A stretch of DNA of 63,470 bases, filler included, from Sluysia triapertura (Eukaryota), in NCBI GenBank assembly GCA_046118255.1. It is 5 parts of 5 records of this genome, joined end to end, with 100 filler letters (N's around TTAATTAATTAA, not from the genome) between each part and the next. Parts side by side here need not be neighbours in the genome. Positions count along the whole stretch, not along the records: positions 1 to 15,188 come from JBJNIA010235557.1; positions 15,289 to 26,769 come from JBJNIA010184257.1; 3 more parts are not named here. One strand, written 5' to 3'. The position numbers and the translations under genes are program-made. Within the stretch, counting starts at the first letter, position 1. Every line of letters starts with the position of its first letter. Positions 11,577 to 23,129 of the stretch are shown here, in pieces. The notes under the pieces are model-generated. The model saw only the letters and a program-made list of their open reading frames with translations. It was not told where the DNA came from and did not search any database.

Positions 11577-12561
11577 TTAAAAAAATTAATTTTACATTTT
11601 ATTAATAATGACGTTCTTGAAATGTGAACTATAAAGATTTTTTAATAATTTTAAACAATCTAAAGGAATTTTAAATGCACAAAATAAACATATAAAAGTA
11701 ATAAATCGTATTTATTAATAAATTAAAATTTTTGTATAATACCGAATTTTACTAATTAAAAGAATTGAATTATTTTACAGAAATTTCTCATTAATTAAAC
11801 AATTAGTATATTTGTTGAACATCTACTTCAGTAATATTAACGGTAAACATAAAAATAATGAATTTAACTATAGTTTCCAGAATTCAATTAATTTTCAGTT
11901 ATTTATACTTAATTCTCCAGTAGAAAATGTTTAAAAACCTTATTCTCAAACAGATCGTTTTATAAACATTTCAAATTTATTTCTGGATTCGTAGCAATCA
12001 CTTAGTATTTAATTTATTATCTTTTCATCATTCTATATATGTGAAAATTTAATTTTTAGAATTGAAAGTTTATTAAAATGTGAGACTTTTCAATATTAAG
12101 GTTTTCATTGCATGAACTTTAAATAAGATATCTTTATCGATAACTCTTATTTAAAGAAATATACGCAGTCACAACTTCCTTCAAACATTATAAAAATATA
12201 TTTTTCCTTAATTAAGTAATGATGTAGGTTTCTTAACGATTAACCTACGACAAAATAGAAGTGAGCTGGGTCCCGTTACAGTAAACGTGTTGTGTCGTAA
12301 CTACACTTAAGCAAATCTTAGTGCAAATTAAATAAAAAATTCTTACAAAAATAAGTACTATTAAATATTTATTCTCTTTAACGTAAATTAGAGGGCCTTT
12401 AACTTTTAATTCAATTTAATCAATATGATTTTTGATTTTAGTGGTTCTAAATTTGTCAACACTGTATTTATCAACTTATCAATGAATAAGTCTTATTAAA
12501 GTTATTTCTGAAAATATTAACGATCTAAAAAAAACTCGATATGTATTAGATTACACTAAAT

Positions 12562-12849
12562 TTGGACTCAATAAATGAGTATTGTTTTGGATTTTTGTCG
12601 AATAGCACAGTCCAGAAAGTTACAGATAATTGTAGTAGGCGACAGATAGAGATTATTGTTATCCCAGTTGGGTTAACACCATATATTCAAGCAGGAGCTA
12701 TAGGAATTTTCTCTTCATTGAAATTTAATATTTTTGCGAATTAATGAATGAAAAAACTCTGGATAAGGTTGAATATATGACAATCCATGACTACCACCAC
12801 AATCTTTAGTTAATTCGTTCATTGGCAAGTCTTGGAGTGAGATTGTTGG
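12562..12849 (+). mobile_element. pogo/Tigger-type DDE transposase relic
   Basis: IIVIPVGLTPYIQAGAIGIFSSLK matches IP.g.T..lQp.D.Gif..fK. Confidence 0.65.
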
Positions 12850-14040
12850 TATTGCCCAATTAGTGCATAGAAAATAGGTTAAATGTTAGAGAATTTAAAA
12901 TATACATAAGAGAAAGTGATATGAAATGTCTGAAGTATAATAATATACTTATAATTAAATATTGCTAGAGCAAAAATTATGAACAATAAAATTTTTATAA
13001 TCATTTTGAAAACGAAGAATGTCTTTGAGTTCCAAAGACCTTTGTAGGGTATTAAGACCCTTATGAAAGCTTAAGGAGGGTTTGAAAAGATGTTTTGAAG
13101 TATTAAGATATATTTGAACTTCTTGCGATTACTTGAGATCTTGTTGAGATTGTGATGGCTTTCGAGACCTTAATAAACTTTTGAGATCTTAACTTTGTAA
13201 AGTGTCTGGAACCTTTAAAATGTTCGATATTATATCATGGTTAATAATATTAAAGATAAACTGGATAAGTTAATAATTAAAGTAAAACAGTAGACAAAGG
13301 AATCAGAGTGGTGAAGGTGAAAACATGTAGAGCATCCTGAGTATCTTATAAACTTTATAACCATGATAAACTTAAACTTAAAATAAGTTAAAATAAATAA
13401 TTAGTTAATTAAATTCTTAATTATCTTAACTTAATTAAAAAAATTGTTTGTGCGAATAGCATTTGAATGAAGAATGCCATGTTAAAATTGTAATTGTGTA
13501 TGTATGTGTTTTAAAGATCTATATGAAAATAATGTTTGACCAAGTTTATGCAAGGAAAGCCTCTATATTGAACAAAGTCGGATTTTAATTAATTTTAATT
13601 AAAAAGTGTTGAATTTTTCATATTTAATCGGTTATAACTTTCTAACATTCATTAATAATTGTTCAATTGAGTTAAAAAAGCGTTTTAATTACTCAAAAAG
13701 GTTTCAAAATTTTTTGTCAGATTGATACGGTTTTATTTAATTAAGAAACCAATAAAAATTATAAATTAAAATTCTTTATAAGAATTATGGTTCTATTTAA
13801 TAAAAGAACCGCAGCAAAGTATAGTAAGCGTATCTAAATCTGAAATCTTAAGAAAATAAACGAAATTAAGTTACTAAGATAAACTTTCAAGAAATCAAGA
13901 CAATATATTAAGAAAACCTCCAGTAGTTATAAATTATCTTTCTAAGAAATCCAACGGCTATCCCTAACAGGTAAGACTAGATACGTTGGTGGACTCATTC
14001 TTTTATTCATAAGACTAAGTTAAGAAAAACCTTAGCAAAT
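12850..14040 (+). mobile_element. LTR-like element carrying the structured motif near its right end
   Basis: Starts TATTGCCCAA (homologous to 5469 leftwards) and ends AAAAACCTTAGCAAAT like the other motif-bearing ends. No TSD found. Confidence 0.55.
13951..13997 (-). ncRNA. Structured motif copy (slightly degenerate)
   Basis: Minus strand: TGAGTCC A CCAACG TA TCTAG TCTTA CCTGTTA GGG ATAG C CGTTGG. Confidence 0.6.
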
Positions 14041-14448
14041 TAAAATTTTCAAATACAACAGAAAACAAAAAAATTTCTTAGAAGATCCATGCAATTAGTA
14101 ATTTCTGTCATTTTATTTTAATTTTTATTTAATATAATATTTAAAATATATAGATAGTTATTAAGTGATATAATTCAATGATTTTAATATATTTTGAAAA
14201 CCCCATTATTATTTGAAATATATAATATTTATATATTTAGGAATTACTGGAAACCATAGATTAATAGTATTAATTTTTGATTTCCAGTTATTGTTTAAGA
14301 TTCGCAATATACATTTTTGGAATTACTTTTTTATTTCGATTTGTAATAGCCATATAAAGCAGCTAAATATATTTAAGTTTTAGTAGGTTATAAGTGCCGA
14401 AGGTACCACTTAGTATAATTGAAAATAATAATCTAAATTTTTTAGAAG

Positions 14449-14520
14449 GGCCTGATAGCTCAATGGTAGAGCATTGAACTGCGCAGCGAGAGGTCCCGGG
14501 TTTGATTCCCGGTCAGTCCA
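14449..14520 (+). pseudogene. tRNA-Ala-derived sequence (copy 2)
   Basis: Homologous to 8232-8303, including about 60 bp of upstream and about 25 bp of downstream flank. Confidence 0.7.
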
Positions 14521-15188
14521 TTTTATGAAGTCTAACAGATCAAATAATTACATTTATATTGATGTATAATTTGTGTGACATTATTCTTTGGTAATTTAGT
14601 TATTCGTATTAATTCAGTGATGTAGTTTGGATTGGTGAAGAATAATGGTAGATGTAAGGATCAAATCTAAAGATAACAGAATAGGTTCAACATTATTAAA
14701 GAAATCAGATAAGGCAATATGATGAAATGCAATTGTAAGATAAGTATATAAAATATTTAAATCGAAATAATATAATGAGATACGAAGAAACAACCCTGAA
14801 AAAGTTTTACTTGTAAAAGTACTAAATTACATTTGTTAATTAACCTAATCAAAATTTAATTAATTTTATGACTCAATAGAAATGTTTGCTCATGATTTAA
14901 AGATGTTAAATTTAGTGTATAATGTTGAGTTTTATTATTAGTTTCAATGATGAAGTATTGCGAAGCATTTTCAACGTAGATAACGTAAAATCTAGTTATT
15001 TTAATTAATTTTGTAAGTTAAAATTAAAGATTAAATATGTTCTAACGTCTAAGTATTAATAAAGTATATATCAAATTGATGCTTATAAATATGTTATTCA
15101 ACTTGACGTGCGACGTACGGTTGATGCACAACGTATTAATGCAAAATACTCCTGTGAGAAATGGATTTATTATTTTATAAATTTTATT

Positions 15189-15288
15189 NNNNNNNNNNNN
15201 NNNNNNNNNNNNNNNNNNNNNNNNNNNNNNNNTTAATTAATTAANNNNNNNNNNNNNNNNNNNNNNNNNNNNNNNNNNNNNNNNNNNN
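15189..15288. other. Artificial contig spacer N44-TTAATTAATTAA-N44 (also at 26770-26869, 39198-39297, 50671-50770)
   Basis: Identical 100-bp structure occurs four times. The 12-mer has stops in all six frames. Confidence 0.95.
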
Positions 15289-15331
15289 GGTTGGCCATTA
15301 GGTTTGTAAGTCCAATACGTTGGTGGACTCA
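15289..15331 (-). ncRNA. Structured motif copy, cut by the contig edge
   Basis: Minus strand: TGAGTCC A CCAACG TA TTGG ACTTA CAAACCTAAT GG CCAA C C. End-like GCAATA at 15376-15381. Confidence 0.65.
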
Positions 15332-16152
15332 CTTCTTATATTTTTTAAGTCGCTTTATTCGCATACTCATTTCTTGCAATACACAAACTTTCACTCTGAC
15401 GATGATAATGATCATTACATAAACTTTAATTTTATTACTCTATTAGAACCACCTGTATTACAAATATGCAATTAAAAATAATGTTTCGTCATTGTCTGAT
15501 AGAATAAAAATGAATAATTTACGGTCCACATTAATGCACTTTGCAATCGCCAGCAAGCATATATTTGCACCTTTAGGTTAACACTAATGCTAATCAAAAG
15601 AAAATATACGCTATCTTAAAATTGAACTGAAATATATTACGTAGTTTAACGCTTAAATGTTGTTTAGATAGTTAGTGTCAAATCATTTCTACTAAACATA
15701 AAACATAGTCGATTATTTCTTCAATTGCTGTGATTATATTAGTAACTTATTATCGAAGGTTTTCCTATAGAATAAAACATTTGATCAAATATTTTGTATC
15801 ATAAGCGCATACACGAGATATTTATTGAGATCTATATAAAAGTAATATAATAACAACTTTATTTACCAGTTATGTTAAAATGTATTATAACACCAATATT
15901 CTGCCAGAAATTATGTTAGGCTGTCATTACAACCCTACATAATAACTTAAAAATATCATAGCAATATTTTAAAATTATTTAAAACTATTTAAAACTACCA
16001 AAAGATTAAGTAAAATCATATAAAACGCTTTAAAGTCATTTATTAATCTTTAAAATTACTTTAAAAATAATTATTTTCTAAAAAAGAAATTATTTTTCCA
16101 AAAAAGAAAACATAATTGCAAAAAAAGAAAATTAGCTTCTAAGAATAGAATA

Positions 16153-16215
16153 GAAGCTTAGAGAATGTTCCAGAACATTCTACCGATTTTCATCGACTGA
16201 TGACTAGTATATAAA
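16153..16215 (+). promoter_or_regulatory. Heat-shock element and TATA box in an LTR-like element
   Basis: GAAtgTTCcaGAAcaTTC (16163-16180) is four perfect alternating nGAAn units, with GAAgcTTA in register upstream. TATATAAA at 16208-16215. Confidence 0.65.
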
Positions 16216-17378
16216 CTGGCATCAGTATGTACACAAGTATTGATTATGTGATGATATGAGTTCTATTTGATAATGTGACGTAAACAAGTACTAATTAAGT
16301 GACAATCAACAATTGTTAAATTTTTATTTGATAATATGTGTGCATATTTATTATTACCAATTATTGATTTTTATATTGATTTGTTTTAATCTTTTATTTT
16401 AACCATTTATTGGATTGAATTTAAATCATTTATTTTAATATTTGGATTAAACTAACGTAAGTATTTTAAACTTTATTTAAAAATATTTTAAAAACATTAT
16501 TAAAAAATATATAATAAATTTTTATTTGTTTTAATAATAAAAGGTCAAGGCCAACATAAAAACGCATATAAAATAGTACACAAAGGCATTAACCACAATT
16601 TATTTTTTGGTGTAATTTATTTTACTGCACAATTTTGTCTACACGATAAATCTTTTACGCTTCTTCGCAATCCAGATTTCTACGAATATTTCATTCAAGA
16701 TCTTTACAATTTTTACACAATCAAGAAGGCAATTAACTGATTAAAATTTATCCTTGGCCAAGATCTTGTCGATTTTCTAAAATAATTTACGTTAGTTTAT
16801 TTTATTAAGGTCTTGATACCTGAAGGTATCCCACGCAAAATACACTTTAAATTCTTTTTTATAAAATATTGGGAACTTTTTTCGGTTCTTCGCAACATAT
16901 ATTTAAATTTGTTATTATTTAAATAATTAACTTGATAATACAACATTTTATTGTTGTATTATAACTTTTATAACCTTGTGAATATTATAATCTTTGTTAA
17001 TACATCATTAAAGCTATTATTTTGAATATTAATAATTTATATAGTTTTAAAATCTTAAACATGCTATTGCCAAGAGTTTTATCAGAATTTAATTCTGACT
17101 TCGCAAAATCAATCTAAATAAATCATTTTCATAATTAACCTATAATAATTATAAAATTCTTTAACCTCCAGAATTCATTTCACAATTAAGCTAAAAGTAC
17201 TTTAGGACTAGACATTTTTAATCTTCAATTCAAATATCTATTAAGTTAGCGTTGGTCTTAATTAGTTTATTAAGTTATCTGTTGTTCATTGATATAAACG
17301 ACGATTTGCCCATTATTGTTAAGTTAAGATAAAGAATATTTTTTGTACGATTAATTTTGATAATTGTTTTCACGTAAT

Positions 17379-17423
17379 TTTACAGGTACAGCATTAGTAA
17401 GTCGCATACTGTAAACGGACACA
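17379..17423 (-). ncRNA. Structured motif copy
   Basis: Minus strand: TGTGTCC G TTTACAG TA TGCG ACTTA CTAAT GC TGTA C CTGTAAA. Confidence 0.6.
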
Positions 17424-17998
17424 TAATAATTAATTATTTTGCTTTAGGTTAGGTTTTCAGACTAAGAAAAACACCCAGCATTAGTAAAGGTTCGCAATTC
17501 ACAGTTATTCAACAATTTGGGAATTATCTACTGGACAACATTAAATCTATTTTTGGTAAATTATATATTTGTAGAGTTAATTTCAACTTTTGAAGTTGAC
17601 ATTATAAAATACATGCAAATTTTATATTGTTTTGTCCCGATATATTTAGGGGTAAAACCCACTTAAAATATTTTAGCATTAGCATTAACGCTATCGGGGC
17701 TTTAATCCATATAATAATTATTTTACATTCTTTATCTTATTACCATATTCGTAACAATTTTGTATTTTAAATAAAATTGATATTTTGTGCTATTTAATAA
17801 ATTGTAAAACCATAACCTCATAACATTCGAATTTAGAAAAATTTTTAGCTTCACGACATTTTGCCGTAAAGAGTTAAAAAAACCGCAGAAATATTTACAA
17901 ATTTCCATCATGCTAGTAGAGGTCATAACTAATAATGGAAATTATATTATACAACAAATATTATTAAAGGTATGAAAAATTTATTATTTTGTTACTAC

Positions 17999-18075
<77 letters not shown>
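17999..18075. repeat. (AAT)n microsatellite
   Basis: Direct reading. Confidence 0.95.
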
Positions 18076-19151
18076 GACATTTACATTTATTTTCTTACAT
18101 TTAAAACAGTCGGATCGACAGTATTGTTTTTGATTTGCCTAAAACATATAAAGTATCTATTGTTTATGAAAATAAAAATTTACAATGTACATAGTTAATA
18201 TAATATTGCATATAAAAAATAAAATGTTAAAAGGAGATCTTATAAGGATTCTTTGGTTTCTTGTTTCAGAGAAATTCTTTCTTTAGACTTTGTAGTGGAT
18301 TGACAAGTGTAATATTTTTATTCGCAAAAATCATAATTGCAATATAATATAAGGTTAAATTGAAATTAATTTCATTCAACACGCAATCATCCATTTTTCA
18401 AAAATTTAGATTATTCGATTAAATTAATAATGAAATGACATTTTAAAGTCAATTTAAAGTACGTTGTAATTAAAAGTGAATGGACTAGCGGTATTCTCAA
18501 TCTTTAACAATCTGATCAGTAATGTATTACAAAAACAAAAACAATAATAAAGATAATTGTGACGTAAGATGTGAAGATGTATTTGAAAGTTTGCTATTTC
18601 GGTTTTGAATCATTACAGTACTTTTCCAAAAAAAACTTTGCTAAAATTGTCGAGCCGCAATGAAATAGGGGATATAAAGATTGTGGACAAAATGTTGCAA
18701 AAGATCTCTTAAATATTGTGCGTGAAATATGCAGTAAGTTATTGTTTTAAGCTGAGTTATTCATGTTGATATGGACGTAATGACTTTTTCAGAAAATATC
18801 ATTTCCATTATAAAACTATACGTTTTAAATTATCGGCATTTTCATAGCATTATTATTATTTATAAATTATTGTACTTATAGTATTATTTTAAATTATTAT
18901 TATTTTATAACCGAGTCTAGGAATTTATAATACTTTTCTTCGAAAGGATTTGACTCGAATTTTTACATTAGATATTATAAAAATATAAATAAATGGAAAT
19001 CAACAATAAAAATACAAATTGAATTATAAAAGGTTACTTTGTGTCAAATAAGATATTACGACATAAAGAAAACATATCTCCAATACTAAAATAGTTTGTC
19101 TTCTTTTCTGAATCACTAAGGTGGACACTGTGATTTTGGCATAATCAAATG

Positions 19152-20372
19152 TTATAACGCTGATGTTGTCGGATCTGAAGTAATTGGGTGCTCCAGTTTT
19201 GATGTAACTGTCGGAGTTGAAGTAGTTGGTTGTTGGGAGATCTGTGGAACGGTGATAGAAGATGAAACAGGATTTGGCGGTATAGTAGAATACATTTGTG
19301 ACGAAATAGAAGATGGATAGGTACAAGATAATTTATCGGGTACTGAGATCATTTCGGGCAAAAATGATACATCTTTTGCACGTATTCTGTCATATAATGC
19401 AATTATGTCGTACGCGTATTGTAAACATGAAGTTCGAGGTGGAAATGGGTAAAGTAACCTCATAACTTTTTTGGCTCTTTTCATGGGATCTGATGAATCA
19501 AAAGAAACGAGGTTCGTGCACGTAAGATTTATAATCCCTCGAAGCCAGCCGTATGGTATTTGCAACGTGCTTATTATGACGTCCGGAAAGCATGAAACAA
19601 GGAACTTGTCGTGTAAAGAATTTAACCAAAATTCACGGATATCGTCAATATCTTTTGCATCCTTCATATCGTCTTCTTTCAAACCATGAATGTCTGTAAG
19701 AAAGTTTCTTATTCTAATTCTTGGCCTAATCGTTTCCAAGGAATGGAATTTTTTATGATAATACGTAAAACAGATTCTTATAATTTGATATTTCTCATTA
19801 CAGTCTAAAGCGGCATTAAAGGCCACGAAAATCAAATTAGATTCTTCAAGCGTTGGATGAAATGGCACATGAGTGAACGTAAGGCGTTCCTGCCAATCGC
19901 TCAAATGTTGGACATCTGTTGAATATAATACTGGAAGGTCGTTTTTAAGAGTTGTTTCTGCAATAGGGAAAAGGACAGCAAATGTAGTAGGGAACTGGTC
20001 CGCTTCTAGTACGACGTTACATTTTTCAGAGAGATTGTTGATTTCCAAAGACGAAAGTTCTTGAAGAATACTAAACAAAGTTACATTTCCTAGTGTGACG
20101 TAAACTTTCAAAATACCTCTTGAAGCTGCAACGATAATAGAGCTAAAATCGTTTGGAAAATTTTGGCAGTTGTTAACATTTACTGAAGAAAAATTTTCAG
20201 AAAAAGCCATCAAATATGTACAAAAGTTCTTGTCGATTTCGCATTTCAGTAAATTAGGAGTATTTTGTGAATTTTTAAAAATTATAGGTGTATTATTTTT
20301 GCCACAATAACGATCTATCCCATTGTAGAAAGAACGAATTTGAGAAATGACTTTTACTTCTGGATAAGACAT
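19152..20372 (-). CDS. 406-aa protein with a degenerate DEDDh 3'-5' exonuclease-like domain (REX4/ISG20-like) and an S/T/P-rich tail
   Basis: 1221-bp uninterrupted ORF. IFVAFNAA...IIRICF...IRPRIRIRNFLTDIHGLKEDDMKDAKDIDDIREFWLNSLHDKFLVSC follows the REX4 pattern vAlDcE...arvs...vrP...vtdy.T..sGi....l..A..f..v......l.gkilVgH. Confidence 0.75.
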   Translation of the reverse strand: MSYPEVKVISQIRSFYNGIDRYCGKNNTPIIFKNSQNTPNLLKCEIDKNFCTYLMAFSENFSSVNVNNCQNFPNDFSSIIVAASRGILKVYVTLGNVTLFSILQELSSLEINNLSEKCNVVLEADQFPTTFAVLFPIAETTLKNDLPVLYSTDVQHLSDWQERLTFTHVPFHPTLEESNLIFVAFNAALDCNEKYQIIRICFTYYHKKFHSLETIRPRIRIRNFLTDIHGLKEDDMKDAKDIDDIREFWLNSLHDKFLVSCFPDVIISTLQIPYGWLRGIINLTCTNLVSFDSSDPMKRAKKVMRLLYPFPPRTSCLQYAYDIIALYDRIRAKDVSFLPEMISVPDKLSCTYPSSISSQMYSTIPPNPVSSSITVPQISQQPTTSTPTVTSKLEHPITSDPTTSAL

Positions 20373-22299
20373 TAGCTAAATAACACAATGAACAAAATAA
20401 AAACAAGAAAATAAAATGCATACAGATGTGCGTTAATTTAATTATTTATTTTAATTATATTCATTATTTACATCATCCTAAGATAGGATTAGGAATCTCA
20501 CGATTTGTCAATACATTTCGCTGTTTATAAGTTCATTCCTGTGAAGATTATGGTTTTGAAAACGTGATTTCAGGAGAAAATGGTGAGGATACTTCTACTT
20601 CAGATGTTTTCATAGATGCTGCATTGATTTTACAGCATTTTATATATTACTTCACGGCGCTAGCATTAATGCTGGAAGAGTATGGATGAAATTGTCATTA
20701 TCGATAAATTTAATTTATGAAACCATGAAATAATTTGATTGAGTGTGGCATGTATTTTATAAACAAAAACAAATTAACTCTCTTTTTGGCACACATTTTC
20801 AAATAAAACAATGAGATCATGCCATGTGCTACTTTGTTCATTTCTGATATCACAGCGTGTTATCATAAATAAAGAATTGGATTAAAACTTGTTTTTGGAC
20901 TTTGTTTTATGTATCCATGGAGAAATATTATTTCAGATATATTTTGGATAAGTTAGTATAAATTCCATTACAACAGTTGCTTTAATTTTTTTGCATTTTT
21001 GAATTGTGATGGATAATGAGTTAATTAAAATATTCAAACATAGTTTCAATACACAAATTTTAAATAGAAAAAGAATACAAGTAAATTATTAGAAAAAAAA
21101 TATTGAAATATGTAATTTTTGACATTACCGAAAACATTTTCGTACTCTGAAAATATTATTAAAATTCAGTATTAAAAAATTTTGAATCAAGTCCAGACTA
21201 CTACTTTTAAAAAAGCATTAAGTTAATTAATTAATATGATTTGTTATTTTGCTTAAGCAAGTTTAAACTTCTTAAAATTTTGTTAAATAGTTTGGCAGTA
21301 CTTTAAAGGTACTAGTAAATATATTTGATTTTAAATATATTTTTTATTTTTTAATAATTATTTATAAGATTTATATTGCAGTATAAATATTTGCAGTTAA
21401 TATATTAGGTTGCCTGACGTAATATAAGTTTAATTAATAGCCTTAAAATAGTGGGAAAGTTTACCTTTACTTTTAATCCTTCCTTTTAAGAAAGATGTTA
21501 AACTTACAGAAATTAATCTTACTACTTGACATGGAATTATAAAATGATAGTCTGCATCTTTGAAACGAAATTCCACTGGTACTTATTTCTTATTTGTCGA
21601 CCAATCTCTGGGTCTGTTATTCAAGTGTGAATAGTTTGTATAATAATTTATAAAAACATAAGTTCTTTTCAATTGAATGTTTAAAAAAACACTTTTCTTT
21701 AGATATGAAATATTAATTCATATAATTTGTTTACGTTAATAAAATTATTTTTATTATACTCCCTTTTTATTACTAATATTTTGTAATCAATCATTTTTAT
21801 TTTAGATGTTGACGAGAGTTTATTATCGGCCCTTTTTTCTATGTACTAATTAATTACATATTACCGTTTTGGTCATATTTTTTGGTTATTGTATTACTTT
21901 TCCATGTTTTATTAGTTTTCATGATTTTTGAAAACTCATTACGATATGTTTGCTATTAATCGCCACATCAGTTATAGGTTTTACCTTAAGACGTTCTACA
22001 TGAGCCACGTCAGACATGCTGAATTTAGTAGAAGGCTACGCCAGTCAAAAGCAAAACGTGAAAACTCAGCCTTACTATAATGATATATTTTACACCTGAA
22101 AGACTGCATTTTAATAATTTTTACTTTGAAAAACATTACATTGACTTATGTTGCCCAGAACATTCTAATAAATAAAAGGACTGTTTATTTATTGCAGTTT
22201 GAGCAATAAGTTAAAACTTTTTTCCTCTTTCATGCTGTTTCTTTTTATTTGGACATAACATACAAAGCATATTCTTATTTTCTGAACTAAATATCGTTT

Positions 22300-22900
22300 T
22301 TAACGTATGAGTTTAAGTTTTGAGGTTAAGCCGTAATTTTTATCAAAAATCTTTTTTACCTGAATGCTTACCTGAATAAATTCTGCTTGTCCAAGTGTAT
22401 TCTTCTTAAGTACACAATATATACTTATGCACTCTATTAGGTATATATTGGCGAAAAATAAAGCTGTCACGAGAAATAACATGTGAATTATAATTCAAAT
22501 GTTTCGAGACATGACCGTTGAAGCTACACTGTTTAGTTGACAAAGAAGTTGTATTCCGCATCCTCACTAATACCGTTTGCTTAGACGATTGTCGAGTTCT
22601 TTAAGTACGCTAAATTGCTTCTGTAACAATCTCTTCGGCAAAAAATATGACTATATTACAAACTGAAATATTTATGGATAAATTTAATTGTAAACCAGAT
22701 TTTCCTGTAACATCAAACATTTATGTCTACCTTCATAGTCGCTCTATTCAACATCACTATTATCATGCAATTCACACTCCGTTATTTCGGCAATTTCAAT
22801 ATTTTCTGTGGTACCTTCCAACTCTAAATCTTGAAGAATTTGTTGATTATTTTATTCATCTTCATCCAAAGAATGAGTGTAATTAGAACCTTTTATTGTA
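22300..22900 (-). mobile_element. Possible piggyBac transposase N-terminal relic
   Basis: Acidic ELHDSDVE.SDYE, IFFAEEIVTE and VASTVMSRNI.IIIHMLF (cf. MSRnRF..I...LhF), spread across frameshifts. Confidence 0.45.
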
Positions 22901-23059
22901 TCATCTTAAATACTTACCATGACCAAGATGAAAACCATGTTGAAATTATTATGACGATTAACATGCTAATGTTATTCATGATTAGGTATTGTAAAGTGCA
23001 ATGCAATTTTATTTCTAATGTTCCATTCACTTTCACTTCAAAATCTATGAGGTTCTTAC

Positions 23060-23061
<2 letters not shown>

Positions 23062-23129
<68 letters not shown>
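23062..23129. repeat. (AAT)n directly fused to (ATT)n, forming a palindromic microsatellite
   Basis: Direct reading. Confidence 0.9.

Larger units (their letters stand above)
15900..17483 (+). mobile_element. LTR-like element (left boundary uncertain), homologous to 59480-60476
   Basis: Shared blocks AACTAACGTAAGTATTTT, CAAGGCCAACA, ATAATTTACGTTAGTT and TTTATCAGAATTTAATTCTGA. Ends ACACCCAGCATTA. HSE and TATA on the plus strand. Confidence 0.65.

Noticed and set aside
19471-20064. Plus-strand ORFs 19471-19689 and 19873-20064 (likewise 34363-34605, 44203-44479, 60610-60957)
   Set aside because: Antisense shadows of real minus-strand coding sequence.
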